A stretch of 61,120 nucleotides of DNA, filler included, from Sphacelaria rigidula (GCA_964200075.2; 10 parts of 10 records of this genome joined end to end with filler, not necessarily neighbours in it); one strand, 5' to 3'. Positions 36,813 through 49,754 are shown, numbered from the whole stretch's first letter. The notes: generated from the sequence alone by a model not told the origin. Made by a program: numbers and translations.

Positions 36813-39800
36813 TTTGATGTCTATGTCCGGGTTGTGGTATGGTAGGTTGAAGGAAAAGAAGAGTAAGCTGCTTTATGTCATGTCTATGTCCGGGTGCGTT
36901 GTGCTCGGTTAAAAATGCGGGTCAGCTTCTATGTTTCATGTCCGTGTCCAAGCTGTATGATGGTAGGTGACAGAAAAGTGGGGGTTCGCTTTCCCATCTT
37001 ATCTTTTTGTCTAGGCTGTGTCACGGTAGGTGACAGAAAAGGGAGGGTTAGCTTCTCCATTTCATGTTTATGTCCGGGCTGTGTTATGGTAGGTTGAAGA
37101 GGGAGGGGTAGCTTCTCTATTCCATCCGTTTGTCTGGTCTGTGCTGTGTTACGTTAGGTTCGAGAAAGCACGCGTGAGCTCATCTATTCCATGCGTATGT
37201 CCGGGATGTGTTATTATGGTAGTTTGAAGATGAAAGAGGGGCCCCTTCTCTATTTCATGTCCATTTCCGGGTTATATTATCGTAAGTTGATGAAAGGGGA
37301 GGATCAGCTCCTCTATCTCATCTTTTTGTATGGGCTGTGTTATGTTAGGTTCGAGAAGAAACGGCTGAGATTTTCTTATTTCATGCGTATGTCCGGGGTG
37401 TGTTATGGTAGATTGAATAAAAGAAGGGTCCCCTTTTCTGTATCACGTCCGTGTCCGGGCTGCGTTATGGTAGGTTGTCTAAAACGAGGGTCAGCTTGCT
37501 GATTTCATGCCCATGTCCCGGCTGCGTTATGTTAGGCGTCAGAAAAAGGAGGGCTAGCTTCTCCACTTTATGACTATGTTCCGCCTGTGTTACGGTAGGT
37601 TTCAAAACATGGAGGATAAGCTTCTCCATTTGATGTCTATGTCCGGGTTGTAGTATAGTAGGTTGAAGGAAAAGAAGCGTAAGCTGCTCTATTTCATGTC
37701 CATGTCCGGGCTGTATCATGGTAGGTCAAAGAAAAGGGAGGGTTAGCTTCTCTATTCCATCTTTTTGTCTGGGCTGTGTTGTGTTAGGTTCGAGAAAAAA
37801 CGGGTTTGCTTTTCTATTTCATGCGTATGTCCGGGTTGTGTTATGGTAAATTGAAGGAAAAGGAGGGTCCCCTTCTCTTTCTGATGTTCTTGTCGCGGCT
37901 GCGTTATGGTAGGTAAAATAAAAGGAGGGATAGCTTGCTGCTTTTATGCCCATGTTCCGACTGCGTAATGCGAGATGTAAGAAAAACGGGAGTTGACTTT
38001 TCGAGTTCATGTACAAGTCCGGGCTGCGTCATTCCAGGTGATATATAACAGGGTTAGGCGTCCTGGTTTCACGTCCATGTCTCGGCTGCGTTATGTCATG
38101 TTAGGTGTAAGAAAGAGGAGGGCTAGCTTCTCTATATGTCTTTGTCCCGCCTGTGTCACGGTATGTTTATAAAAATGGAGGGTAAGCTTCTCCATTTGAT
38201 GTCTATGTCCGGGCTGTGTTATGGTAGGTTGAAGAAGAGGGAGGGGTAGCTTCTCTATCCCATCCGTTTGTCTGGTCTGTGCTGTGTTATGTTAGGTTCG
38301 AGAAAGCACGCGTGAGCTTATCTATTCCATGCGTATGTCCGGGATGTGCTATGGTAGTTTGAAGATAAAAGAGGGGCCCCTTCTCTATTTCATGTCCATT
38401 TCCGAGTTGTATTATCGTAAGTTATAGCAAAGGGGGGTTGGTTCTTCTAGGTCATTTACAAGTCCGGGCTGCGTCATTCTAGGTGATATATAAGAGGGTT
38501 AGGCGTCCTGGTTCCACGTCCATGTCTCGGCTGCGTTATGTCATGTCAGGTGTAGGAAGAAGGAGGGCTAGCTTCTCTATATGTCTATGTCCCGCCTGTG
38601 TCACGGTATGTTTACAAAAAAGGAGGGTAAGCTTCCCCATTTGATGTCCATGTCCGGGCTGTGTTATGGTAGGTTGAAGAAGAGAGAGGGGTAGCTTCTC
38701 TATCCCATCCGTTTGTCTGGGCTGTGTTGATTGAGGTTCGAGAAAGAGCGCGTGAGCTTTTCAATTTCATGCGTATGTCCGGGCTGCCTGATGGCAGATT
38801 GAATATAAAGAAGGGTGCCCTTCTTTATTTCATGTCCATGTCTCGGCTGCGTTATGTTAGGTGTAAGAAAAAGGAGGGCTAGCTTCTCTGTATGTCTATG
38901 TCCCGTTTGTGCCACGGTATGTTTTTAGAAAAGGAGGGTAAGCTTCCCCATTTGATGTCCATGTCCGGGCTGTGTCATGGTTGGTTGAAGAAAAGGGAGG
39001 GGTAGCTTCTCTATTTCATCCGTTTGTCTGGCCTTTTTTATTTGAGGTTCGAGAAAGAGCGCGTTAGCTTTTTAATTTCATGCGTACGTCCGGGGTGCGT
39101 TATGGTAGATTGAAGAAGAACGAGAGGCCCCTTCTCTATTTCATGTACATGTCCCGGCTGCGCTATGTTAGATGTAAGAAAACAGGGGGTCAGCTTTTCT
39201 ACTTCATGTACAAATCCGGGCTGCGCCATCGTAGGTGATACATGAAAGGGTTAGGCTTCCAGGATTCATGTCCATGTCCCGGCTGCGTCATGTTATGTTA
39301 GGTGTCAGAAAAAGGAGGGCTAGCTTCTCCATTCCATGTCTATATCCCCTCTGTGTCGCGGTAGGTTTCGAAAAAGAAAGGGTAAGCTTCTCCATTCGAT
39401 ATCCATGTTCGGGTTGTGTTATGTTAAGATGAAGGAAAAGGGGAGTAAGCTGCTCCCGGCCATGTCTATGTCCGGGGTGCGTTGTGCTAGTTGTATATTA
39501 TGGGTCAGCTTCGCTTTTTCATGTCCATGCCCAAGCTGTATAATGGTAGGTGACGCAAGAAATAGGGTTCGTTATCCTATTATATCTCTGTGTCTGTGCT
39601 GTGTCTTGGCAAATGAAAGAAAAGAAAGAGGATTAGCTTCTCCATTTGATGTCCATATCCTGGCTGTGTTATGGTAGGTTGAAGAAAAGGGAGGGTGACC
39701 TTCTCTATTCCGTCCGTTTGTCTGGCCTGTGTGATGTTTGGTTAAAAAAAACGCGTTGGCGTTTCTATTCCATGCGTATGTCCGGGGTGCGTTATGGTAG

Positions 39801-41134
39801 ATTGAAGAAGAACGAGAGGCCCCTTCTCTATTTCATGTACATGTCCCTGCTGCGTTATGTTAGATGTGAGAAAAAAGGGGGTCGGCTTTTCTACTTCATA
39901 TACGAATCCGGGCTGCACCATTAGGCCTCCTGGTTTCATGTCCATGTTTTGACTGTGTTATGTCATGTTAGTTGCCAGAAAAAGGAGGGCTAGCTTCTCC
40001 ATTCCATGTCTATATCCCCTCTGTGTCGCGGTAGGTTTCGAAAAAGAAAGGGTAAGCTTCTCCATTCGATATCCATGTCCGGGTTGTGTTATGTTAAGAT
40101 GAAGGAAAAGGAGAGTAAGCTGCTCCCTTCCATGTCCATGTCCGGGGTGCGTTGTGCTAGTTGTATATTATGGGTCAGCTTCGCGTTTTCATGTCCATGT
40201 CCAAGCTGTATAATGGTAGGTGACAGAAGAAATAGGGTTCGTTATCCTATTATATCTCTGTGTCTGGGCTGTGTCTTGGCAAATGACGGAGAAAGAGAGG
40301 GTTAGCTTCTCCATTTGATGTCCATATCCTGGCTGTGTTATGGTAGGTTGAAGAAAAGGGAGGGTGATCTTCTCTATTCCGTCCGTTTGTCTGGCCTGTG
40401 TGATGTTAGGTTCGAGGAAGAACGCGTTGGCTTTTATATTCCATGCGTACGTCCGGGGTGCGTTATGGTAGATTGAATAAGAACGAGAGGCCCCTTCCTT
40501 ATTTTATGCCCATGTCCCGGCTGCGTTATGTTAGACGTGAGAAAACAGGGGGGTCGGCTTTTCTACTTCATGTACAAGTCCGGGCTGCGCCATCGTAGGT
40601 GATATAGCAGGAGGTTAGCCTTCCAGGTTTCATGTTCATGTCCCGGCTGCGTCATGTTATGTTAGGTGTCAGAAAAAGGAGGGCTAGCTTCTCTATTTCA
40701 TGTCTTCATCCCCTCTGTGTCGCGGTAGGTTTCGAAAAAGAAAGGGTAAGTTCTCTATTCGATATCCATGTCCGGGTAGTGTTATGTTAAGTTGAAGGAA
40801 AAAGAGAGTAAGCTGCTCCCGGCCATATCTATGTCCGGGGTACATTGTGCTAGTTGTATATTAAGGGTCAGCTTCGCTTTTTCATGTCCATGCCCAAGCT
40901 GTATAATGGTAGGTGACAGAAGAAATAGGGTTCGTTATCCTATTATATCTCTGTGTCTGGGCTTTGTCTTGGCAAATGACAGAGAACAAGAGGGTTAGCT
41001 TCTCCATTTGATGTCCGAACCTGGCTGTGTTATGGTAGGTTATAGAAAAGGGAGGGTGACCTTCTCTATTCCGTCCGTTTGTCTGGCCTGTGTGATGTTA
41101 GGTTCGAAAAAGAAGGCGTTAGCGTTTCCATTCT
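36813..41134 (+). repeat. ~62-bp satellite, about 70 diverged monomers with higher-order repeats
   Basis: Consensus ~ATTTCATGTCCATGTCCGGGCTGTGTTATGGTAGGTTGAAGAAAAGGGAGGGTTAGCTTCTCT; monomer starts 37691, 37754, 37816. Confidence 0.95.
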
Positions 41135-41560
41135 TGTAATGCGTGAGAGGGCCGCGGGCTTAGAGGACCGCGCTGTAGTTCAAAATATCTCAGGATCGAC
41201 GTTTTTCAAAACCAATCGGGCCAGTCCCTGCAGGTACCACTGTAATGCGTGAAAGGACTGCGTGCCTAGAGGATCGCATCAGAATTTGAACATTCCCATG
41301 GTTAGGGTTAGGATCAGGGTTAGTGATGGGGTTATGGTCAAGGGCGTGGTACCTGCAGGGACTGGCCCGATTGGTTTTGAAAAACATCGATCCTGAGGTC
41401 TCTTGAACTACGGCGCGGTCCTCTACGTACGCGGCCCTCTCACGCATTGCACCACGCCCCTGAACCTAACCCCAACACTAACCCTAACCCTAACCCTAAG
41501 CATAGGGATGTTCAAATTCCGATGCGGTCCTCTTAGCACGCGGTCCTCTCACGCATTACC
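41135..41560. mobile_element. Ginger-like (TGT..ACA) MITE with internal TTAGGG repeats; a second copy (41241-41451) is inserted in reverse inside the first
   Basis: TIR TGTAATGCGTGA(G/A)AGG; CCAC 4-bp TSD at 41237-41240 and 41452-41455; (CCCTAA)n at ~41478-41499. Confidence 0.8.
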
Positions 41561-43365
41561 CCCCCCCCCCCCCCTACCCGCGGTCGACAATGAGGAAAAT
41601 GTCAAATTAACTTGGGAAAAGCCTTATCCTTTCTTCTCCACTAGCATACGGAATTGAATGATCATTTAGATATCTCAGGGTTCGCCTCAACGTAATCAGC
41701 CAAAAACCGAGGAGTTTTGGTGTGTCAGTTGTTCTTGTCGCGATTGGGGGGCAAATTTGCCGGCTGGAAAATGACTTTTGAGTCGCGGCGATCACTGGAT
41801 AATGAATATTGGGTCCCGCTGGCTTTTGCGAGACCGGTTGTTACCGACCTGGCACTATCGCAGTGATACGGCCGCCATGCTATGAAGGCCGGTGTACGAC
41901 GAACAATATGTAATGCTACCGAATGACTGAAATGGACATGCAGTAAGTTGACTGTGAGGTGTTAACATCCGACACGAAAATGTTCTGATAATATAGACGT
42001 GCACAATCTGTGAGTCGCAGATAATCATGAACTTGACACGGGTTCTTACAAATTGGGGATGGATCTTTTATTGGGGATGGGAAACCCGGAGAATTGAAAT
42101 CTTCGTGTTAACAGCAAATCTTCGAAAAATGGTTCCATTGTTTCACCTACTGATAGCTACTGACAGCTGCTACACGCTGTACAGATCGGGATTTCGATCA
42201 CTGAAATGTTGGGGTCTTGGGTAAAAAACCAAATTCGGAACCATTTTGGCGTCCGTTCGGACACCCGAAATTCCCCAAAATTGGTTTTTCCCCTGGGACA
42301 CCAACATTTTTGTGATCGAAATCCAAATTTCCACGGCGTGTAGCAGATGTCAATAGTTTTCAGTAGGCAGAGAAACGGAACCATACTTCAAAGATTTGGT
42401 GGTGATACAAAGATTGTAATTCTCCGGATTTCTCATCCCCAATTAAAGATCTATCCCCAATTTGTAAGATCCCGTGTTAATTTGCCCGCGTTTGGGCAGA
42501 CAGCGGTGTTCACACAACGCGTATATCCACACATCGCAATTCATACTACACTGCGACACAAGAAAGGGAGAGGTCGCGACGGGGAATGTGATGGACGTGG
42601 TGTTACGAATAAGAATATTCAACATCGAGGTAGTGGCAGTCATGAAATGTAATTGAAGGGATATCGATATTGGTATGCCCGCAAGGAACGGTGTTTTCGT
42701 GAGATTGAGAGTAGATGATACGACTGAGAGTGAAAAGCGGTCAATCAGTGAATGAATNNNNNNNNNNNNNNNNNNNNNNNNNNNNNNNNNNNNNNNNNNN
42801 NTTAATTAATTAANNNNNNNNNNNNNNNNNNNNNNNNNNNNNNNNNNNNNNNNNNNNTTTTTTGGGTTTCTTGTTTTTTGGGGGGGGTGGGTGGGGGTTT
42901 TTTTTTTTTGGTGTGTGGGGGGGGGGGGGGGGGAGGGGGACTGTGGTTGAAAGATTAGGTTCGTTTTATTACTCGTACGTGCCCATTTTCTTGAAACAGG
43001 ATATATTTGACGCACAACACGTTTTTTTTTTTTTTTTCGCTTTGACTCGAACCATAGTTCGTTCGACTGATCTCTCGCCTTTTCCTTATCCTAAGAGGGG
43101 GTATTGAAACAAAAACAGTTTGTTTTCTTACTCTCTCAAAGTTGTCCTCAAAATTTTGCGTAGTAGCAAAAAGATGACGCCGGGGAAAGTTACCCGTACG
43201 TACGTCCTGGCACCACACCTTCGAAACTGGAGAAGATTACTGCATGGCGACAAGGCTGGCTCCTCGACCTATGGGGAGGGAGAGACAAATTGATTCACCA
43301 ACGTTGCAAGTTGGGGCATGCAACAGTACTGTGCCTGCGATGATTTCGCTCGGTCAAATAATAAC

Positions 43366-43738
43366 GCCCCGGTGGCTCAGTTGGTAACCTCGACACCTTC
43401 TGACGGTTGGGTCGTGGGTTCAAATCTCAGCGATCTAGGATTTTTTCCTCACACCATGCTCAACAGTGGAGAACGACCATGTCGTGGGTACACAAAATTC
43501 GACTTACCGGTCGACGAGGGAGAGGGAGTCCTGAACCCTCCTCGCGATACAACAAAAAATAAAGAGGCAAGCACCGCAGAAGGGAAGTGGGGTACTAAAA
43601 ACGAATAAAAAAGAAAAAGCTCCTGTCTTGACCGTCGTCCTGGGTGACATCGCCTGGTTCGCCCACATATACCGAAAGGTGTAGACCGGCGTCCAGAATA
43701 GATGGGACGACAACACAACACAACACTAAAAAAATAAA
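43366..43738 (+). mobile_element. tRNA-derived SINE family 2
   Basis: GCCCCGGTGGCTCAGTTGG..GGGTTCAAATC head; body homologous to 19956-20317, ~26833-27100 and ~47722-47932. Confidence 0.85.
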
Positions 43739-44842
43739 CGTCATTTTTTTGTCCGACACTGTACTTTCGTGTGGCTAACTCGACCATAAGGGCCCGTTTG
43801 TACTCTACAAAAAAATCGAGAATGCGCTGTGAGAATGAGTTTTTTTTTTTCTTTGTCCTTCCGATTGGTTTAGATCTGATGGGCAACTTATTGGGATGGT
43901 AATATATATATATATATATACATCACCCTGGACAAAAGATTCCATTGTCAAGAAGTGTAGAGCGTGGAGTATCGGCTATTGCGTCTATTGCAATAGACAA
44001 TAGATTCTATACTGTTCGCAGTACATTTTTTGACAATGGAATCTATTGCCCAGGGTGTATATATATATATGTATATCTTTGTATCATCAAAACCAACAGA
44101 ATCAATCACCCTCACCCTCAGGGCGCATCCCCTCTTTTCTTATCTCGTAAAAGCACGGGCTAACAGGGGACGTTCTAAGATTAGGATCATACCTCGCGGA
44201 TTTTGCGTTCTGCGTTCGTAGTCCTCGAAAAAGGCATGCTTGGGTCGGAGGTGCCCATGTCCCACATTTATATATTTACCGCAGTGGCGACTTTGTTGCG
44301 GTGAACTGCCGGGACAATCCTCATCTTATTTTTTCAGGGGGGCGCGCGCGGGGGGTAGAGTGGGGTGAACATATGTTTGCGCGTCTTCTCTACTCTGAAG
44401 CGGACCGACTGTTACATCCTCATTGAAAAATAACACTAGGCCAGTTGTGTGGGGATGTGTGAAAGGTGTCCCCTCCCGATGTACCCAGCAGCAAGGGCGT
44501 AGGTAGGAGAGGTAGTGGAGACAGAACGTGTGGGGGGCAAGGGCGGGGGGGGCAGGGGTGTACTCATGATCTTGCATGTCGTAGTTATATGACCATTGTC
44601 GTCGCATCCCTACAAACCCCCACACCGGGGGGGGGGGAGTAGGAGCGAAGGGTGCATGCAAGAATGGCATTACGGTAATTGACAGAGTAGAACTTTTGCA
44701 GTCACGAACAAGGAAGCATGCATCGTAGTTGGTGGTACTAGAGAATACAGGCGAAGACATATGTTTGTTTGTTTTTCATATTCAGGGTGGGATCAACTTT
44801 TCCCCGCGAAGCTCGAAAACGTGTACACATACAGACCCACAT

Positions 44843-44868
44843 CACACGCACGCGCGCGCGCGCGCGCG

Positions 44869-44913
<45 letters not shown>
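44843..44913. repeat. (CG)n(CA)n compound microsatellite
   Basis: Seen directly; ~70 bp of alternating purine-pyrimidine. Confidence 0.95.
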
Positions 44914-44918
<5 letters not shown>

Positions 44919-45592
44919 GGCAGGATATGACACAGACAGTATATAATGCCTTGATTATCAAGTAATCGATACCCTTCGCATGCGACTGTTGTAGCAGACA
45001 TGCATATAAATCTCAGAGCGCTTCTTTCTCAAGGAAATCTCTCAACCCCCAGCGTTGAAACACTCTGCGAGCCACGACGCCATGCGTTTGTAATTCCGTT
45101 TGTGTCGCTGTTTCTGCAGGTGCAGCACTTGGCAAGGCTGGTCGACAGGTTGAGATCTGAACGCCCAGGTGAACACAACGGAAGATGGCATGATGAGTCT
45201 GACAAGATAGACGAGTGGCGGGGAGGGAGGGAGATGTGTACTCATGATCTTGCATGCGGTCGTCAAAAGACCATTGACCTCGAACTCCTACAAAGCCGGG
45301 ACGGAGCACGCCGGGTTTTCGCCGGGCCAGGCTCGCACTCAATCACCAAGCGCGAAGCGCCGTGGTGTGTTCGTGGTGGTGGGGGGGGTGAAGGGAGGGG
45401 TGCATCCTAGCCTCCTAAATTCCTCCTTTTCTTGTCGAGGCTCTTGGTCACATATTGCGCGCTGCGCTATTGCTTCCTAGGGGATACAACTCGTGTCTCG
45501 GGTATCATGTGCTCTGCTTACGACAGTGAAGGGCAATTAGAATGGTTCCCGACGATTGTGCGCACGTTTGTGCCTTTTTGCTATTGCCCTAG

Positions 45593-45711
45593 GTGCCGCA
45601 ACTTCGACGGCGGGTTCGGCTGCATCCCGGGGGCGGAGTCACACGCGGGTCAAATTTTTACGTGCGTCGGCGCGCTTGCGATCGCCCGATCACTGCATTT
45701 GGTCGATGAGG
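45593..45711 (+). CDS. RABGGTB: Rab geranylgeranyltransferase (GGTase-II) beta subunit, internal exon A
   Basis: [30 protein letters not shown]; tag acceptor and gtaagc donor; ends in phase 1. Confidence 0.95.
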
Positions 45712-46157
45712 GTAAGCAACCTCGCGAAAGTTTCGCGTTTCGGGCAACATATATATATTTTTCTTGTATGCGTCATCTCCGAGAAATGGAAAGGACAAGA
45801 GTAAAGAGAGCACAGAGATGAAGCAACAGATACGATACGATGAATGAAATCCAGAAGAAAGGAGTTGGCAGAAGCAGGAAAAAGGAAGAAGCACCGAAAG
45901 GAGGAAGAAGGGGATGAGAATAGAGACGAGACGTCGACAGAAACACACGGGACAGAGAAGGGCAGAGGGCCGACCGAAAATGAAGCGAACAAATACCCAC
46001 CCTTCCTTGGGGGTGTCGGGGACTCGAACCGCGGCATTTCCGATCTTTGCGTACCGCGTTTTTTGCTTTTTCCGCATGGATTTACCGAATACCCTCTAGA
46101 CACATCTGGGCGTGCACCGTACCCTCCCTCTCTTTGCCGATCCGTCGCGGTTTACAG

Positions 46158-46282
46158 GTTTGTTGGGGTGGTGGCTGTGTGAGCGTCAGTGCGACTCTGG
46201 GGGTCTCAACGGCCGACCAGAGAAGCAGGCGGACGTGTGTTATTCGTGGTGGATCCTGTCCGCTCTCAAGATCCTTGGAAAG
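46158..46282 (+). CDS. RABGGTB: Rab geranylgeranyltransferase beta subunit, internal exon B
   Basis: [33 protein letters not shown] with Zn-ligand D.C motif; tttacag acceptor, gtattt donor; phase matches exon A. Confidence 0.96.
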
Positions 46283-47062
46283 GTATTTACTTACCTTGAA
46301 AGTAGATTTACCCTATTTGTCGAAAATGGCGAGTAGCCTGTCTTTTTGGTGCACTCTTTCTGTGTTTACGCTTTGGGAACTGAAGTGCTGGTTTTCGTCT
46401 CGTGAATCTCTGTGAATCGGCATCATTTTGGCTTGAAAATGGCTGATAATAATGCGGATTCGCAAGAACAAAAATCAGCCCTCGCTGGGGATTCAGTTCC
46501 GAAAAGGTTGACCAGACTCGCCTCGTTTGTGGACGACGTCAGGGTTGATGTTTATTCAGCTCGTTTGTTTTTCTGTTGTACGTTGTGTTGTTTCGCTAAT
46601 CAAGCCTTTCGATTTTCATACTGGAGTAATCGCGTTCCGGTCGTCCGAGCTTACAGAAAATGGTGGGTCCTACTTATACTCGTATGCCCTACTGGTATAG
46701 TAGTAGTAGTAGTAGTAGTTCGTTCCTCCGAAAAAATGCCTCTATGAGACAGTACAGTACACGGCTTACGATTGAACAACGTAAAGCTTCTCAAACATAC
46801 GCACATGCATTCATCCGTATCCTGCTTCGTGATTGATGGTCCTTTATGAATAATGCTTTCTCCCCGCACACCTTTAAGCAACTTTTGGAGTATATAAATA
46901 TATACATATATATATATACTTTACAAATCTTTGACGATCATACGGCGACATGTCCCGGTGGCGTAGCGGTAGTTGACTAGACGTATCACGCCCGACCCGT
47001 CGCTACCCCCGTGCAAAAATTGTCTCCGTTTCTCGGCACGCTCAACGGGACCGCCTTGAAAG

Positions 47063-47220
47063 GTGGACTGGATAGACGGATCTAAACTTGAGGGGTTTAT
47101 CTTGCGCTGCCAAGACGCAGAGGATGGGGGAATCGCAGAGCGGCCGGGGAACCTTCCCGATATTTTCCACACCTTTTTTGGTATAGCCGGGCTATCCTTG
47201 CTGGGGTACTTCGACGGCAG
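47063..47220 (+). CDS. RABGGTB: Rab geranylgeranyltransferase beta subunit, internal exon C
   Basis: [49 protein letters not shown] with Zn-ligand His; aag acceptor, gtgcgc donor. Confidence 0.95.
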
Positions 47221-47623
47221 GTGCGCGGGGATTCTTTGGGGGCAAGAAGGGACGAGTGCAATGTCGAAACCGTCTCCAAGTCCGTGAGAGATTGGAGGCG
47301 TGCTTTAAAGTCAGACTGGAGTGATTTTGTTGTTGCGGTGCTGTCGTACTCAAACATTGTGTGCTCGTCAAGCAGTGTATATATTTAGGGTATACACTCC
47401 CCAACCCCACCCCTCATTCCCCGTGAAACGCGTAGATATCTGCGGGAGGGGATGTAGCCGTCGATTCTTCTTGTCTCCCTTTCTGGTGACAGGTCCACCC
47501 TTCCGCTGCACGGGTTTTTGCATATCATGGTCTGCTCATTTACTCAGCAGCCAGTATCTTACCTATTTACCCACCTAGGAATCGCCCCCTGTTAGTTCAT
47601 GACGGTTTCAGGTATAGATCAAA

Positions 47624-48719
47624 GCCGCGCCCCGGTGGTGTAATGGTCCGACTGTCGCCATTACAGTAGTGGGCGGTCTAACTATTCAGGGGTGTTTTGG
47701 GGGTTTCTCTCACGTACTACTTATTCGACTGAATGGTCTACGAGGGAAAGGGACTGCTGAATCCCTCTCGCGACAAAAAAACAAAGGCGAGCACCGCCAA
47801 AGGAAGGTGAAGAAGTAAAACAAACAAAAAAACTCCTACGTTGGCCTTCCTCTTGTGTGACCCCGGCTGATGCGCCCACACATACCGGAAGGAGTAGACC
47901 GGCGTCCAGAAAAGATGGGACGACAACACACGAAAACTGCTCTTCGATAGAACTCTAAATTGCTAGCGTCGGTAGATTTTGGTACAATGAACAAACCACC
48001 CTCGAAACACAGTGCCCAAGTCAGTGTTAGTCGGTGTTATCGGGCGATACGAGTAAATACCCCGTTCGTTTATCAGCAGGGTGTTATTGACCGTGGAGCA
48101 CAGTTTTTCGGCTCTAGTGCAATGAGTAGGTGGAATTCCGAAAAAATAAAGCTGTACATTTCTTCACAAATATGATTGGGATAGGCTCGATTGGCCGAAA
48201 ATACCGAAGAGTAAGAATTTGGGCTGAAACGTGGCAGGACCCCCGGTGACCGGTCAGCCCGTAAGTCACTCAATATTGAGTACGGATGTTTTTATTCTCT
48301 TGAAGTGTGGAGCGGATACAAATATCTCCAGATCCCCAATGTCATGAGCGGTGACAAGCGAAGAGAGCCCAAGAAAATTGCCAATTACGAAAAAACCACA
48401 AAACGCCACAAAATGAAAAGTTAGACCGCCCACTACTGTAGGGTGGAGAGAACGAGGGTTCGATCCCCAATGCGTTGGATTCTTTGTTCGTGATGTCTGA
48501 TTTCTACCGTGGAAAGCGTGAGAACGTGAGCAAAAAAAGTAGTCGACTGAGTTTGTTTGATGTAAGTTGACGCGGTGCGGGAGTGCTGACCCAACCAGCG
48601 AGAGTGCAAGACGTGTACCGGGGGAGAGATGGGTTGATCCCTTGAGACCACGGACTCATCCCGAGTAAGGGGAGGGGTTCAAAGTGCGACAAATAAATGA
48701 AATAAAAATAAAAGTAATA
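47624..48719 (+). mobile_element. SINE family 1 copy split between A and B boxes by a MITE
   Basis: 47624-47663 plus 48441-48719 reconstitute the 708-1033 element. Confidence 0.88.
47664..48438. mobile_element. Tc1/mariner-type MITE (775 bp) containing a 5'-truncated SINE 2
   Basis: Perfect 20-bp TIR CAGTAGTGGGCGGTCTAACT; TA TSD confirmed by the empty site CGCCATTAGGG at 740-750. Confidence 0.92.
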
Positions 48720-48978
48720 GCTGTAAGCACACACACAAACACACCGACAGGGCTGATATTCACTCCGTGACTGCTGCCCCCCCCCCCCCCCCCCTCCTTT
48801 CGATAGTGGCTCGACATAACTGCAGAGAGAGTTTACTAGAGATGAAGTAAAGGAGTGCGTAGCTAAACTCAAGAATAGNNNNNNNNNNNNNNNNNNNNNN
48901 NNNNNNNNNNNNNNNNNNNNNNTTAATTAATTAANNNNNNNNNNNNNNNNNNNNNNNNNNNNNNNNNNNNNNNNNNNN

Positions 48979-49754
48979 TTGGGTGCTTATTTCCTTCTAG
49001 CGTGAGGATGATGTATCATTTGGCCGTTGCACGCCGTTGCACTCCGTTGCACTCCGTTGCACTCCGTTGCACTCCGTTGCGCAGGTGTTGAACTTTAAAA
49101 GAGTGAATTTCGTATGTTGAGAAATACCTTGTCTCGGATAAGAGGGACGATGAGTCACGAAAAATCTGGAATTTGACGTTTGCTGAAAATTCCGGTTTCG
49201 AGCTGATGAAGAATCAAGAAGCTCGTTTTGGGCGAAGATTTGAGAATTTGGCGCTAGCTATGGCTTTGTAACTCGAAGTGGTGCAAGTAGCGTGATTGCA
49301 TGTTCATGATGGACGATATTTCCTTGGGGTCTCTTGCGAGTTGTTCGAGAGTAGGGCAAGCTTGTATGGAGCTGTTGTCGAAAGCAGCGTACGAGCTTGC
49401 TAATCTTTGCGGAAACGACGATACTATCAGGCACCAACGATGTCTGAGTTTGTTAAGCTCTGATGTAAGTACTTGTTGGTATTAGAGAGCTTTAGGGGTG
49501 CTGTAAACTCTAGCTACCTTTGTTACCAAGGGACACTTGTAGGTGGAGTTGCAAGTCTGATTGCCGGACTCTGTGATGGTGACCTCCATGACGAGTAGGC
49601 TTGATTTTGCCACTCTGGTGGGGAGAGGCTATGGTCCTATTATCCTGTACTATGGTGAGGGTTGATATATGAATAACTAAAGCCGCTGAAGTCCATGTGC
49701 CTGTGATAGGAGGAGTCCACATGGCAATCTGATCTTGAGTGATGGAAGTCTACA
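48979..49754 (+). mobile_element. 3' end (internal region, PPT, 253-bp LTR 49502-49754) of the LTR family seen at 55288-59678
   Basis: Homologous to 58925-59678; LTR TGTAAACT..AGTCTACA; includes a (CCGTTGCACT)n expansion at 49024-49080. Confidence 0.9.

Noticed and set aside
36813..41134. CRISPR-like array or repeat-protein gene
   Set aside because: No unique spacers or cas genes; monomers are contiguous with stops in all frames
41478..41499. True chromosome telomere
   Set aside because: Only a few CCCTAA units, internal to a TIR element
47490..47625. Final RABGGTB exon after acceptor-like CAG at ~47492 or ~47611
   Set aside because: Neither translation gives the expected IDP.YALP-type C-terminal motif
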